Assembly: GCA_963749915.1 (NCBI GenBank)
Contig: CAVVOP010000017.1
Span: 32,001-96,000 of the forward strand
Direction: 5' to 3'
DNA length: 64,000 nucleotides
DNA from: an uncultured cyanobacterium
Lineage (GTDB): Bacteria > Cyanobacteriota > Cyanobacteriia > Cyanobacteriales > Cyanobacteriaceae
The notes beneath the pieces are model-generated. The model saw nothing but the letters and a program-made list of their open reading frames with translations. It was not told where the DNA came from and ran no database searches. Each line of letters starts with the position of its first letter. Position 1 is the stretch's first letter. The translations under genes were made by a program, and so were the position numbers. This document shows, piece after piece, positions 31,821 through 40,976 of the stretch.

Positions 31821-34442
31821 ATGAAAATCCTTAAAACACAAACTTTACGTGGCCCTAACTATTGGAGTATCAGAAGACAAAAACTGATCCAGATGCGTCT
31901 TGATTTAGAAGATGTGGCCGAAAAACCATCTAACCTAATACCGGGATTTTATCAGGGTTTAGTGAAGATACTACCCTCCCTCATTGAACACTTTTGTTCC
32001 AAAGATCGCCGCGGTGGATTTTTAGAACGGGTACAAGAAGGAACATATATGGGTCATATAATAGAACATGTTGCCTTAGAATTACAAGAATTAGCGGGGA
32101 TGGCGGTGGGTTTTGGTCGTACCAGGGAAACGGCGACACCGGGAGTCTATAATGTTGTTTTCGAGTATGTGTATGAAGAAGCGGGAAGGTACGCTGGTAG
32201 AGCGGCTGTGAGATTGTGTAATTCCATTATTACCACCGGAAGTTACTCCCCTGAAGAGTTAGGGCAAGATTTAGCTGATTTAAGAGATTTAAGGGCGAAT
32301 TCGGCATTAGGTCCTTCCACCGAAACTATCGTTAAAGAAGCCGACGCTCGACAAATACCTTGGATGTTACTAAGTGCAAGAGCTATGGTACAGTTGGGTT
32401 ATGGGGCAAATCAACAACGTGTTCAAGCTACTTTAAGTAATAAAACCGGTATTTTAGGAGTAGAGTTAGCTTGTGATAAAGAAGCTACTAAAACCACTTT
32501 GGCGGAGGCCGGTGTTCCCGTTCCCAGAGGTACTGTAATCTATTATTTAGATGAATTAGCCGATGCCATTGCCGATGTTGGCGGTTATCCCATTGTACTC
32601 AAACCCTTAGACGGGAATCATGGTAGGGGCATTACCATTGATATTAATACTCAACAAGAGGCAGAGGAGGCTTATGATTTGGCTAGTGCGGCTTCTAAAA
32701 GTCGCTCAGTAATTGTGGAAAGATATTATAAAGGGAATGATCATCGCATTCTCGTGATTAACGGTAAACTCATCGCCGTATCCGAAAGAATCCCCGCCCA
32801 TGTCACCGGTAACGGATACTCTACCATTGAAGAATTGATCGAACAAACTAATTTAGATCCCCATCGAGGAGAAGGTCATGATAATGTATTAACCAAAATT
32901 AGTGTTGATCGTACTTCTTTAGGGATACTGAAAAAACAAGGTTTTGACATGGATACAGTACTCAAAGAGGGAGAAATAGCTTATTTAAGGGCTACCGCCA
33001 ATTTAAGTACTGGAGGTATCGCTATTGATCGCACAGATGAAATACATCCTGAAAATATTTGGATAGCCGAAAGAGTCGCCAAAATTATCGGCTTAGACAT
33101 CGCCGGGATTGATGTTGTGACACCTGATATCACTAAGCCTTTGAAGGAAGTAGATGGTGTCATTGTGGAAGTAAACGCCGCCCCCGGATTTCGGATGCAT
33201 GTAGCACCCAGTAAGGGTTTACCTCGTAATGTAGCCGCCCCTGTGTTGGATATGCTTTTTCCTGATCACAAATCTAGCCGTATTCCTATCCTAGCGGTGA
33301 CAGGTACTAATGGTAAAACCACCACTACCCGATTATTAGCTCATATATATCGCCAAACGGGTAAAGTTGTGGGTTATACCAGCACCGATGGTATTTATTT
33401 GGGTGACTACATGGTAGAAAAAGGAGACAATACAGGTCCTCTGAGTGCCGGAGTTATTTTAAGAGATCCGACGGTAGAAGTGGCAGTGTTAGAATGTGCC
33501 AGAGGTGGAATACTGCGATCGGGTTTGGCCTTTGATAGCTGTGACGTGGGTGTGGTTCTTAATGTCGCAGAAGATCATTTGGGCTTAGGGGATATTAATA
33601 CCATTGAGCAGATGGCAAAAGTCAAAGGAGTCGTCGCCGAATCCGTCAACCCCGATGGCTATGCGGTCTTAAATGCTGACGATCCCTTGGTTGCACAAAT
33701 GGCTCAAAATGTCAAGGGTAAAATTGCTTATTTTTCCATGAGTGCCGATAATCCTATCATCATCGATCATTTACGCCGTGACGGCATGGCGGCTATTTAT
33801 GAAAACGGTTATCTCTCGATTTTTGAGGGAGAATGGACATTAAGGATTGAAAAAGCGGAAAATATCCCCGTCACCATGAAAGGCATGGCACCCTTTATGA
33901 TTGCCAATGCTTTAGCAGCTTGTTTAGCGGCTTTTGTTCACGGTACAGATATTGAGTTAATTCGTCAGGGGGTGCGGACTTTTAACCCTGGTACGAGTCA
34001 AACTCCGGGGAGAATGAACCTTTTTGATCTGAAAGATTTTTCTGTACTCGTCGACTACGCCCATAATCCTGCTGGTTATCTAGCAGTAGGGGAATTTGTC
34101 AAAAACTGGAAAGGCGATCGCTTAGGGGTAATTGGAGGACCTGGAGACAGACGTGATGAGGATTTTATACTGTTAGGTAAAATTTCTTCTCAGATTTTTG
34201 ATCACATCATCGTCAAAGAAGATGATGATAATCGTGGTAGAGATCGAGGAACCGTGGCAGACTTAATCGTTCAAGGTATATTAACCGAAAATCCTCAAGC
34301 TAGTTATGACGTTATTCTCGATGAAACCGAAGCCATCAAAAAGAGTTTGAACAAAGTTAACAAAGATGGTTTAGTAGTGATTTTCCCTGAAAGTGTAACT
34401 AGATCGATCTCCATAGTTGAAGAATATAAGTCGGATGGATAG
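31821..34442 (+). CDS. cphA: Cyanophycin synthetase CphA1
   Basis: LRGPNYWS, LGPST, KPLDGNHGRG, EVNAAPGFRMH, VTGTNGKTTT, DYAHNP. Confidence 0.98.
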   Translation: MKILKTQTLRGPNYWSIRRQKLIQMRLDLEDVAEKPSNLIPGFYQGLVKILPSLIEHFCSKDRRGGFLERVQEGTYMGHIIEHVALELQELAGMAVGFGRTRETATPGVYNVVFEYVYEEAGRYAGRAAVRLCNSIITTGSYSPEELGQDLADLRDLRANSALGPSTETIVKEADARQIPWMLLSARAMVQLGYGANQQRVQATLSNKTGILGVELACDKEATKTTLAEAGVPVPRGTVIYYLDELADAIADVGGYPIVLKPLDGNHGRGITIDINTQQEAEEAYDLASAASKSRSVIVERYYKGNDHRILVINGKLIAVSERIPAHVTGNGYSTIEELIEQTNLDPHRGEGHDNVLTKISVDRTSLGILKKQGFDMDTVLKEGEIAYLRATANLSTGGIAIDRTDEIHPENIWIAERVAKIIGLDIAGIDVVTPDITKPLKEVDGVIVEVNAAPGFRMHVAPSKGLPRNVAAPVLDMLFPDHKSSRIPILAVTGTNGKTTTTRLLAHIYRQTGKVVGYTSTDGIYLGDYMVEKGDNTGPLSAGVILRDPTVEVAVLECARGGILRSGLAFDSCDVGVVLNVAEDHLGLGDINTIEQMAKVKGVVAESVNPDGYAVLNADDPLVAQMAQNVKGKIAYFSMSADNPIIIDHLRRDGMAAIYENGYLSIFEGEWTLRIEKAENIPVTMKGMAPFMIANALAACLAAFVHGTDIELIRQGVRTFNPGTSQTPGRMNLFDLKDFSVLVDYAHNPAGYLAVGEFVKNWKGDRLGVIGGPGDRRDEDFILLGKISSQIFDHIIVKEDDDNRGRDRGTVADLIVQGILTENPQASYDVILDETEAIKKSLNKVNKDGLVVIFPESVTRSISIVEEYKSDG

Positions 34443-34452
34443 GAATTAATAA

Positions 34453-36774
34453 TTATTTGATGACACTAGCACTACCGTTTTTATTGATGTAAGGTTTAAA
34501 ACCACAAGCTATCAGAGATGAGTACAGAATAAGGTCAATATCCCACACATTAAACATCCATTGAACTAGCTCCATTTTCCAGAGGCTAACATGGATCTCT
34601 AAAATTTTAGCCCCTAACTCTGTGGAGATTCCCCTTACATGGAAAATCCCATCTTTTAAGGTAAGATTATGGCACGCTTTGCAAGCGGCGTAAATCAAAT
34701 TTTCTTGTCTTTCTTTATCTAAAGAACTCCCTAGGATTTCTGTCCTTTCTTGAGCCTGATTAGACTCAGTGGCGAACTGAGGAATTGGATACCCCGCCAG
34801 CAATTCTCCTTGAGACAATATCAGAAGCAGATCCTGAGGTAAGCCATTTAGGTATGGACTGGCAATTAGGTGATCCTTTACGCCTAATTTAATCCCTGTA
34901 TCTATGATGGTGTGAAGTTCCTTTTGATAGTCTACAAAACAAGCTAACAATTGTTTTTGGGTGGTAATAATTTTGGGTACAAAGTTAGAATTCCCTGAAT
35001 CTAACTTGATCAGTAAGGGATAGTAATGAACTGGAATTTGGTGGATATCATGGAGAGAATGGAGGGCAAAAACCTCAACTCCATGAGAGAATTGTCGAGC
35101 TTCAAAAATTAGTTTATTAAACTCATCAAGAAGAATTTTTTTTGACATTAATAATTGGCTTTTAGCTAGGGTTACGCTCTCATAGCTATTACTAGGTTTT
35201 TGCAAGAAAATAGCGACTAAAGTGGCTAAAACTAGATAGTTTTCTTCAAGGGAAACTACTCCATGAATATCGAGTTGATGGTGACGTACTTCTTGAATAA
35301 TAGCGAGGGCCTTTTCAAGCTCCTTTCGGGAGTCATCAAGGTCAATACCTAAAAACTGAGAAGGAAAACTGAGAGAGTAAGATAAAGGCTGATTATTCGC
35401 CAAAATTTGGTTAATCCCCAGCTTTGCCGCCCATTCACAGCCCTTGAGTTTTTCCTTACCACTACCACCCAGGATCAGAATATTTTGTCCTTCTAGCATA
35501 TATTGGTAAGAACGGTATAACATGGTTTCTACCCATTTATCCAGAATCATAGTCCCATGAGGGGAATGTTGAATTTCATACAATTGCAATGTGCTAGTGC
35601 AATCATGATTATTAACTTCTATTAAAAAGGGTTCTAATTGACCATTGTTGTTTTGCAAAAAAACATCTAAGCCAATAAAATTCGTTTGCTGATGGGGAGG
35701 AAGATGGTTTAAATATTGCTTTTCGTAGTCAAGAATGGAGCAGAGAACAGTTTCTCCTAATCTATTAAGTTGGTCAGTCAACTGATTTTTTTGGTGGTCA
35801 GTTAACCCCATACAATTACACAGATAGTCAAGAGAAAAACTTTCAGAAGTATCTCCGTTGATTGGTTGATCAACATAGCCAAGACTACAAAGAATACCAG
35901 AGGTTTCTACTAAGTTATTAGGGCGACGGGTAACAAATATTCTTAACCTTGCCCCTAGACAGTGATGAGCCTTAAGACTTGAATCAATAAATTCTTCTAC
36001 CAACAAGCACTCCTTCTCACAGAGCAAATCTAGACATTTTTGCAGATTTTCTATTGCCCGCTCTAAATTATCTTTTGACTCGATGGTACATACTTTACCT
36101 CCCATCCACCTAGCACCTGAAGGCTTAATCACGAATTTATCACAAGGAAAATTTTGAAGATATTGTCGGATTTCCTCAAGAGAGGGTTTTTGAGAAAGAT
36201 CAACCAACTGAACTCGATCACTGGCTGGATGATGATGATATTTTTCCAAACCAAAGCTAAAAGCTATGGTGAAGGGAACACAGATTTTCTTAGCTACAGC
36301 CAGTAAACGAGTATGCAATTTATCATCGACATACTCATTTAATTCGACGCTACTGGACATGGGACAGTTCGTCGGTTTTTCATAGTTCTGAAATTGATGG
36401 GCTTTCTGTTTTAAAGCTGGGGGAGAAAAACTGAATTTTTCTTCAGTTAAAAAATTGCACAAAAAAGTAACCTTCTGAGGAGTTTTGAATTTGACATAAA
36501 AACATTGCCCCCATTCATTCATGGTAATTCCTTCGAGAAGATATAAAAAGTTTTCTTCCTCCTTTCTAATAACCTTTATCCAATTTGGTTCGCAAACCAC
36601 AAAAGCATTTTCGGGCAAGATTTTGTTGGCGGATAACAGTAAAGCAACTCTTTTTTCTGGCTCGGAAAAAAAAACGATGCAGGGTTGACTAGAATCGGAT
36701 TTTCGTTCTACCAATGTTGTTAACATCGGGTTAAGTCTATAGGAAAAGAGAACTGAGTTAAGATTATCAAACAT
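34453..36774 (-). CDS. Tandem ATP-grasp protein resembling animal carnosine synthase (CARNS1/ATPGD1)
   Basis: DDK, FVIKPSG, LLVEEFI, LRIFV, FIGLDV, LIEVN in the first half; a second, degenerate ATP-grasp follows. Colinear with CARNS1 as I recall it, e.g. VETMLYRSYQYMLEGQNILILG versus VETMLRRSARCLMEGKQLLVVG. Confidence 0.78.
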   Translation of the reverse strand: MFDNLNSVLFSYRLNPMLTTLVERKSDSSQPCIVFFSEPEKRVALLLSANKILPENAFVVCEPNWIKVIRKEEENFLYLLEGITMNEWGQCFYVKFKTPQKVTFLCNFLTEEKFSFSPPALKQKAHQFQNYEKPTNCPMSSSVELNEYVDDKLHTRLLAVAKKICVPFTIAFSFGLEKYHHHPASDRVQLVDLSQKPSLEEIRQYLQNFPCDKFVIKPSGARWMGGKVCTIESKDNLERAIENLQKCLDLLCEKECLLVEEFIDSSLKAHHCLGARLRIFVTRRPNNLVETSGILCSLGYVDQPINGDTSESFSLDYLCNCMGLTDHQKNQLTDQLNRLGETVLCSILDYEKQYLNHLPPHQQTNFIGLDVFLQNNNGQLEPFLIEVNNHDCTSTLQLYEIQHSPHGTMILDKWVETMLYRSYQYMLEGQNILILGGSGKEKLKGCEWAAKLGINQILANNQPLSYSLSFPSQFLGIDLDDSRKELEKALAIIQEVRHHQLDIHGVVSLEENYLVLATLVAIFLQKPSNSYESVTLAKSQLLMSKKILLDEFNKLIFEARQFSHGVEVFALHSLHDIHQIPVHYYPLLIKLDSGNSNFVPKIITTQKQLLACFVDYQKELHTIIDTGIKLGVKDHLIASPYLNGLPQDLLLILSQGELLAGYPIPQFATESNQAQERTEILGSSLDKERQENLIYAACKACHNLTLKDGIFHVRGISTELGAKILEIHVSLWKMELVQWMFNVWDIDLILYSSLIACGFKPYINKNGSASVIK

Positions 36775-36891
36775 CTAAAACTTTAATTTTCTAGTGAATT
36801 TATACAGGATTATGGTCTAGTGGTTGAATGCAGAATTAAGAATGTAGAATGCACCATGAAAAACCCTTTATTTTGAGTACTTATACGAATT

Positions 36892-38601
36892 TTAAACCCC
36901 TGTTTCATTTCCGCACTTTCTCACTAGTCTCACAGGACAGCTAACGGTTCCTGCCCTTTCCGCCACTGCCGTTACTTCAATTTCACTGCCTTCTTGCCCT
37001 TTCACTACCCACTCCAAATGTCGGCGGAAATCTGTCCCTAGTGCCAAAGCCTCAAACGCTTTGTTAGATCGTCCCTCCAGATGGTCAATTTCCTGTTTCA
37101 ATTGACCACTGATTAAGGTAACTCCTTCTGGTAAGGACAAAATCACTTCAATAGGGCGAACAGACTGCCGTTCTAAAGCTTTTTGACTGGTATAAGTGGG
37201 CAAGAAGCCTTGATTTTCCCACTGGACCACAATATGATAAATATCTCCTCCTTGATAGGTAACTTGAGTGCGAGCAAGTGCTAATCTGGGAGACATTAGG
37301 GCATGGGTAATAGCAAAGTGACATTGTTTGTCGCACAAGTCAGGTAAGTATTCGGCGGGAGCATTTTGCCAAACTGCTTTCTCATCCCAGCCACCAATTT
37401 CCACCTCTCCTAATTGGGGATGGTGAAAAGGCTGCCAAGGAATAAAGCCTTTTCCTCCTAGCTTTTCATCATTCCACTGTAATAATTTCAAGGATTCTTC
37501 GGGAGGATGCCAGCGAAACCATTGGATATAATCTTCCTTTTCAATTCCTGCTTCAGTTGGCGCATCCCAAAGTTCGATGGTGAAACCAAACCAACCAAAG
37601 TGATCGTACCCATAATCATCCATAGAGCCATAAATTACTTCTTTGGGATGATAACGAAAGTCATGATAAACAGAAACGCACTTGTAACCTGTTATTTCCG
37701 TTCCTTGTTTGCCAATCAGTTTATAAATTTCTAAATCTTCCGTGGGGAAATGTTCATCGCCATGAGTGCCATAAGGACGCAAGATGACGGCAGAGTAAGT
37801 GTGATAGCTAATAAAGCCATTGATGTTTCGATTTTGATGCCAGAACTCAGCTTCGGCACGGGTTTCTGGCTCAGAAAAAGGAAATTCTCCCGCCCCTTTT
37901 TGTTGACTTTCTGGCGACCACTGGTGAGGATAGTTGCGATTGAAGTCCATGCCTTCTAGGGGTGCAGCTAACTTGATTTGGTATCCGTCGTAGTTGCGGA
38001 TTATTCCTTCGGGGAGGAGGGTATAATAAGTGCCTCCAAACTCAGGAGGTTCACGATGTACCATTAGGCGGGGATCTAGCTCTGAGACTTTCCAAGCCCC
38101 ACAGTCATCTTGAATGCGCATTTGCAGAATTAAACCATCACCATTAACATCTTGCCGATGGAGTCCATCTTCTTCCTCAGGATAGGGATAAGGACGAACG
38201 CTAGAGCGGAGTCGGTAAGGCGTAGTTAGATACTTTTCCGCCCCATCAACTGCCAAGCGAGGCAGGACATAAACCGTGTAGTGATCGAGCAAACGTGTGG
38301 CCTGAGAATCTTGATGGTAATTAGTTAGCAGGTAATAGATGATGTAGCAGGCTACCGATGAACCAGTGACTTCCCCCGCGTGGGTATTAGCATCAATCCA
38401 ATAGGCAGGTTTTTTGAGCGGGTTGCCTGTCTCTTGATTGGTAAGAATAGCTAACCAAATGTCCCGCCCTGCATAACTACGACCGATAACTTTCAACTGA
38501 ATCAGTTTGGGATAAGTCTTAGCCATCTGGTTGAGGTAATCTACAAGTTCTTGATAAGTGTAGTAGTGACTAAAATCAAAATATTTAATCGTCATAAACA
38601 A
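36892..38601 (-). CDS. M14-family zinc carboxypeptidase, no evident signal peptide
   Basis: HAGE (HxxE), DFNRNYP, PFSEPET, SYHTY, TIELW; DVNGDG Ca-loop-like insert. Confidence 0.9.
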   Translation of the reverse strand: MFMTIKYFDFSHYYTYQELVDYLNQMAKTYPKLIQLKVIGRSYAGRDIWLAILTNQETGNPLKKPAYWIDANTHAGEVTGSSVACYIIYYLLTNYHQDSQATRLLDHYTVYVLPRLAVDGAEKYLTTPYRLRSSVRPYPYPEEEDGLHRQDVNGDGLILQMRIQDDCGAWKVSELDPRLMVHREPPEFGGTYYTLLPEGIIRNYDGYQIKLAAPLEGMDFNRNYPHQWSPESQQKGAGEFPFSEPETRAEAEFWHQNRNINGFISYHTYSAVILRPYGTHGDEHFPTEDLEIYKLIGKQGTEITGYKCVSVYHDFRYHPKEVIYGSMDDYGYDHFGWFGFTIELWDAPTEAGIEKEDYIQWFRWHPPEESLKLLQWNDEKLGGKGFIPWQPFHHPQLGEVEIGGWDEKAVWQNAPAEYLPDLCDKQCHFAITHALMSPRLALARTQVTYQGGDIYHIVVQWENQGFLPTYTSQKALERQSVRPIEVILSLPEGVTLISGQLKQEIDHLEGRSNKAFEALALGTDFRRHLEWVVKGQEGSEIEVTAVAERAGTVSCPVRLVRKCGNETGV

Positions 38602-38795
38602 TTCCCCACTTAAAATGCGGTGGTTCTCCTTCCTACTTAATAATTAAGATAACACTTTCAGAGCAATAAAAATGCCTAACCGAGCAGTATTGCCCATCTC
38701 CCCGCAAGATAATTTCCACATCTGATCATGCTTTTTTTAACCGCCAAAATAACCATCTTAATAAGCCAATTATCCCCTTTCCTCAATCATCATCC

Positions 38796-39401
38796 CTATG
38801 GGATCATCTTTTTTATGGAGTTCTCTAACTTAAAATCTACCCTTTCATACAAACCTGGAAACGAAATTTCAAAATCAACTGAAGCTAATTTTAAAACAGC
38901 TTTTTCTCCCTCATAATCATTGAAAAGCCATTTTTCATCTTCTTGCTTAAAATATTGAGCAATATAAAATCGATATTGATCTATTAAAATATATTCCTGA
39001 AATTCAGGTATAGAACGATAATATCTAAATTTATCTGTCCAATCATAGTCCCGTGTTGATTTAGAAAGAACTTCTACAATGATTGAGGGATTGGTTACGT
39101 TTACCGTACCTTTTCCCTCATAGATTGGTTTTCCTTTCATTACCATCACGTCAGGATAGGTGTAGAAGCGATATTCCGCTATCCACAAGCGAACATCATT
39201 GATATAGATATAATAATCTTGATTCTCAATTGTCAGAGGAAATTGGCGACAGAAATTGAGCGCGATTTGATTGTGATTTGTCGTTCCCCCTGTCATAGTA
39301 ATAATTTTTCCATCTCGATATTCATGTCTGTCCACCGCTTTCTCTTCTAATGCCAAGTATTCTTCGGGCGTGTAGTATTTTTTGTCGGTTTGAATAACCA
39401 T
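38796..39401 (-). CDS. Uma2 (DUF820) PD-(D/E)xK-like endonuclease
   Basis: YTPEEYL, HEYRDG, YPDV, IVEVLSKST, EYILIDQ. Confidence 0.92.
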   Translation of the reverse strand: MVIQTDKKYYTPEEYLALEEKAVDRHEYRDGKIITMTGGTTNHNQIALNFCRQFPLTIENQDYYIYINDVRLWIAEYRFYTYPDVMVMKGKPIYEGKGTVNVTNPSIIVEVLSKSTRDYDWTDKFRYYRSIPEFQEYILIDQYRFYIAQYFKQEDEKWLFNDYEGEKAVLKLASVDFEISFPGLYERVDFKLENSIKKMIP

Positions 39402-39517
39402 GTTAATTCTCCTGATGTGCTTTTAATGCCTAATTAATATTGATCACTGCATCCTAGTAGCCTATCTAAATCTAAGGATATCAGTTTATCTCGAATTGGG
39501 TAAGAATCACAGTCTTT

Positions 39518-40798
39518 CTACAAGTCTCGGTGAGTAAAATCTTTGGGATTGTCGCCCGTATAGGTTGCCGCAATTTGTCCGTTACCAATTAGTTTATATT
39601 TGTAAGTTACTAAACCTTCTAAGCCGACAGGTCCTCTGGGGGGCATCTTTTGAGTGCTTATACCTACTTCAGCCCCAAAACCATAACGAAAACCGTCAGC
39701 GAAACGGGTAGAACAATTATGATATACTCCCGCTGAATCTACTTGACTCATAAAGATTTCGGCATTCCCTTGATTATTAGTGACGATCCCATCAGTATGT
39801 TTTGAGCCATAATAGTTAATATGAGCGATGGCACTGTTTAAATCATCCACAATTTTAATAGCTAAAATCAAATCTCCGTATTCTGTGTGCCAATCTTCCT
39901 CCGTTGCACTTTGACAGTTAATAATTTTTTTGGTGGCTTCATCCCCTCTTAATTCAACTCCTTTTTCTGCCAAAGCTTCAGCTATAGACGGTAAAAATTT
40001 TGATGCGATCTCATGATGTATTAAAAGAGTCTCGATAGCATTACAAGCCGCTGGATAATGGGTTTTAGCATCAACAGTGATATTAACTGCTTGGGACAAA
40101 TCAGCATCTGAGTCAATGAATAAATGACAGATTCCATCGGCATGACCTAAAACGGGAATTTTGGTATTTTCTTGCACATAACGAACAAATTCATTCCCTC
40201 CACGGGGTATAATTAAATCCACATATTCATCTAACGCCAACAATCCCTCAATTTCTTCTCTAGTGGTTAACAACTGTATAGCGTTGGGGTTAACTTCAGT
40301 TTCTTTGAGGGTTTCTCTAATAATCTTTACTAAAGTTTGACAGGTTTGTAAGGCTTCCTTTCCTCCCTTAAGCATAACGCCATTACCAGATTTTATGGCT
40401 AAACTGGTAATCTGAATTAAGGCATCGGGGCGTGCTTCAAAAATTACTCCTAAGACACCCAATGGACAACTAACTCGATGTAATATTAAGCCTTCATCTA
40501 ACTCTCTTTTTAAGGATACCATGCCGATGGGATCAGGCAATGTTGCTACATCCCGAACACCTGCGATGGCACTTTTTAACTTTGATTCTCCTAATTTTAA
40601 ACGGGCATATAACGAGGGAGAAATTACCCCTTCAGAGGCAGCACAATCAGCTTGGTTGGCTGTAATAATTTCATTTTGATGTTTTTCAAGGGCAGATGCC
40701 ATCGCTTCTAATGCCTCATTTCTGGCAATTTCAGATAATATGGATAATTCACGGGTGGCAAGTTGAGTTTCTTTGGCAATGATCCGTAAATTGGGCAT
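39518..40798 (-). CDS. proA: Gamma-glutamyl phosphate reductase
   Basis: [39 protein letters not shown]. Confidence 0.96.
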   Translation of the reverse strand: MPNLRIIAKETQLATRELSILSEIARNEALEAMASALEKHQNEIITANQADCAASEGVISPSLYARLKLGESKLKSAIAGVRDVATLPDPIGMVSLKRELDEGLILHRVSCPLGVLGVIFEARPDALIQITSLAIKSGNGVMLKGGKEALQTCQTLVKIIRETLKETEVNPNAIQLLTTREEIEGLLALDEYVDLIIPRGGNEFVRYVQENTKIPVLGHADGICHLFIDSDADLSQAVNITVDAKTHYPAACNAIETLLIHHEIASKFLPSIAEALAEKGVELRGDEATKKIINCQSATEEDWHTEYGDLILAIKIVDDLNSAIAHINYYGSKHTDGIVTNNQGNAEIFMSQVDSAGVYHNCSTRFADGFRYGFGAEVGISTQKMPPRGPVGLEGLVTYKYKLIGNGQIAATYTGDNPKDFTHRDL

Positions 40799-40976
40799 AT
40801 ATATAGTAATTAGTAATTAATAGTGAATAATTAGTAATTATGCCCTTAAATGAGTTTGTTTCATATGTTAAATTGAAGAGTAATTTGAAGACTGCGAGGG
40901 ATTTGCCCGAAAACGATTTGACGAGGGTAATTTAGAATGAAGAATGAAGAATTTAAATTATCATTAATTATCTGAA

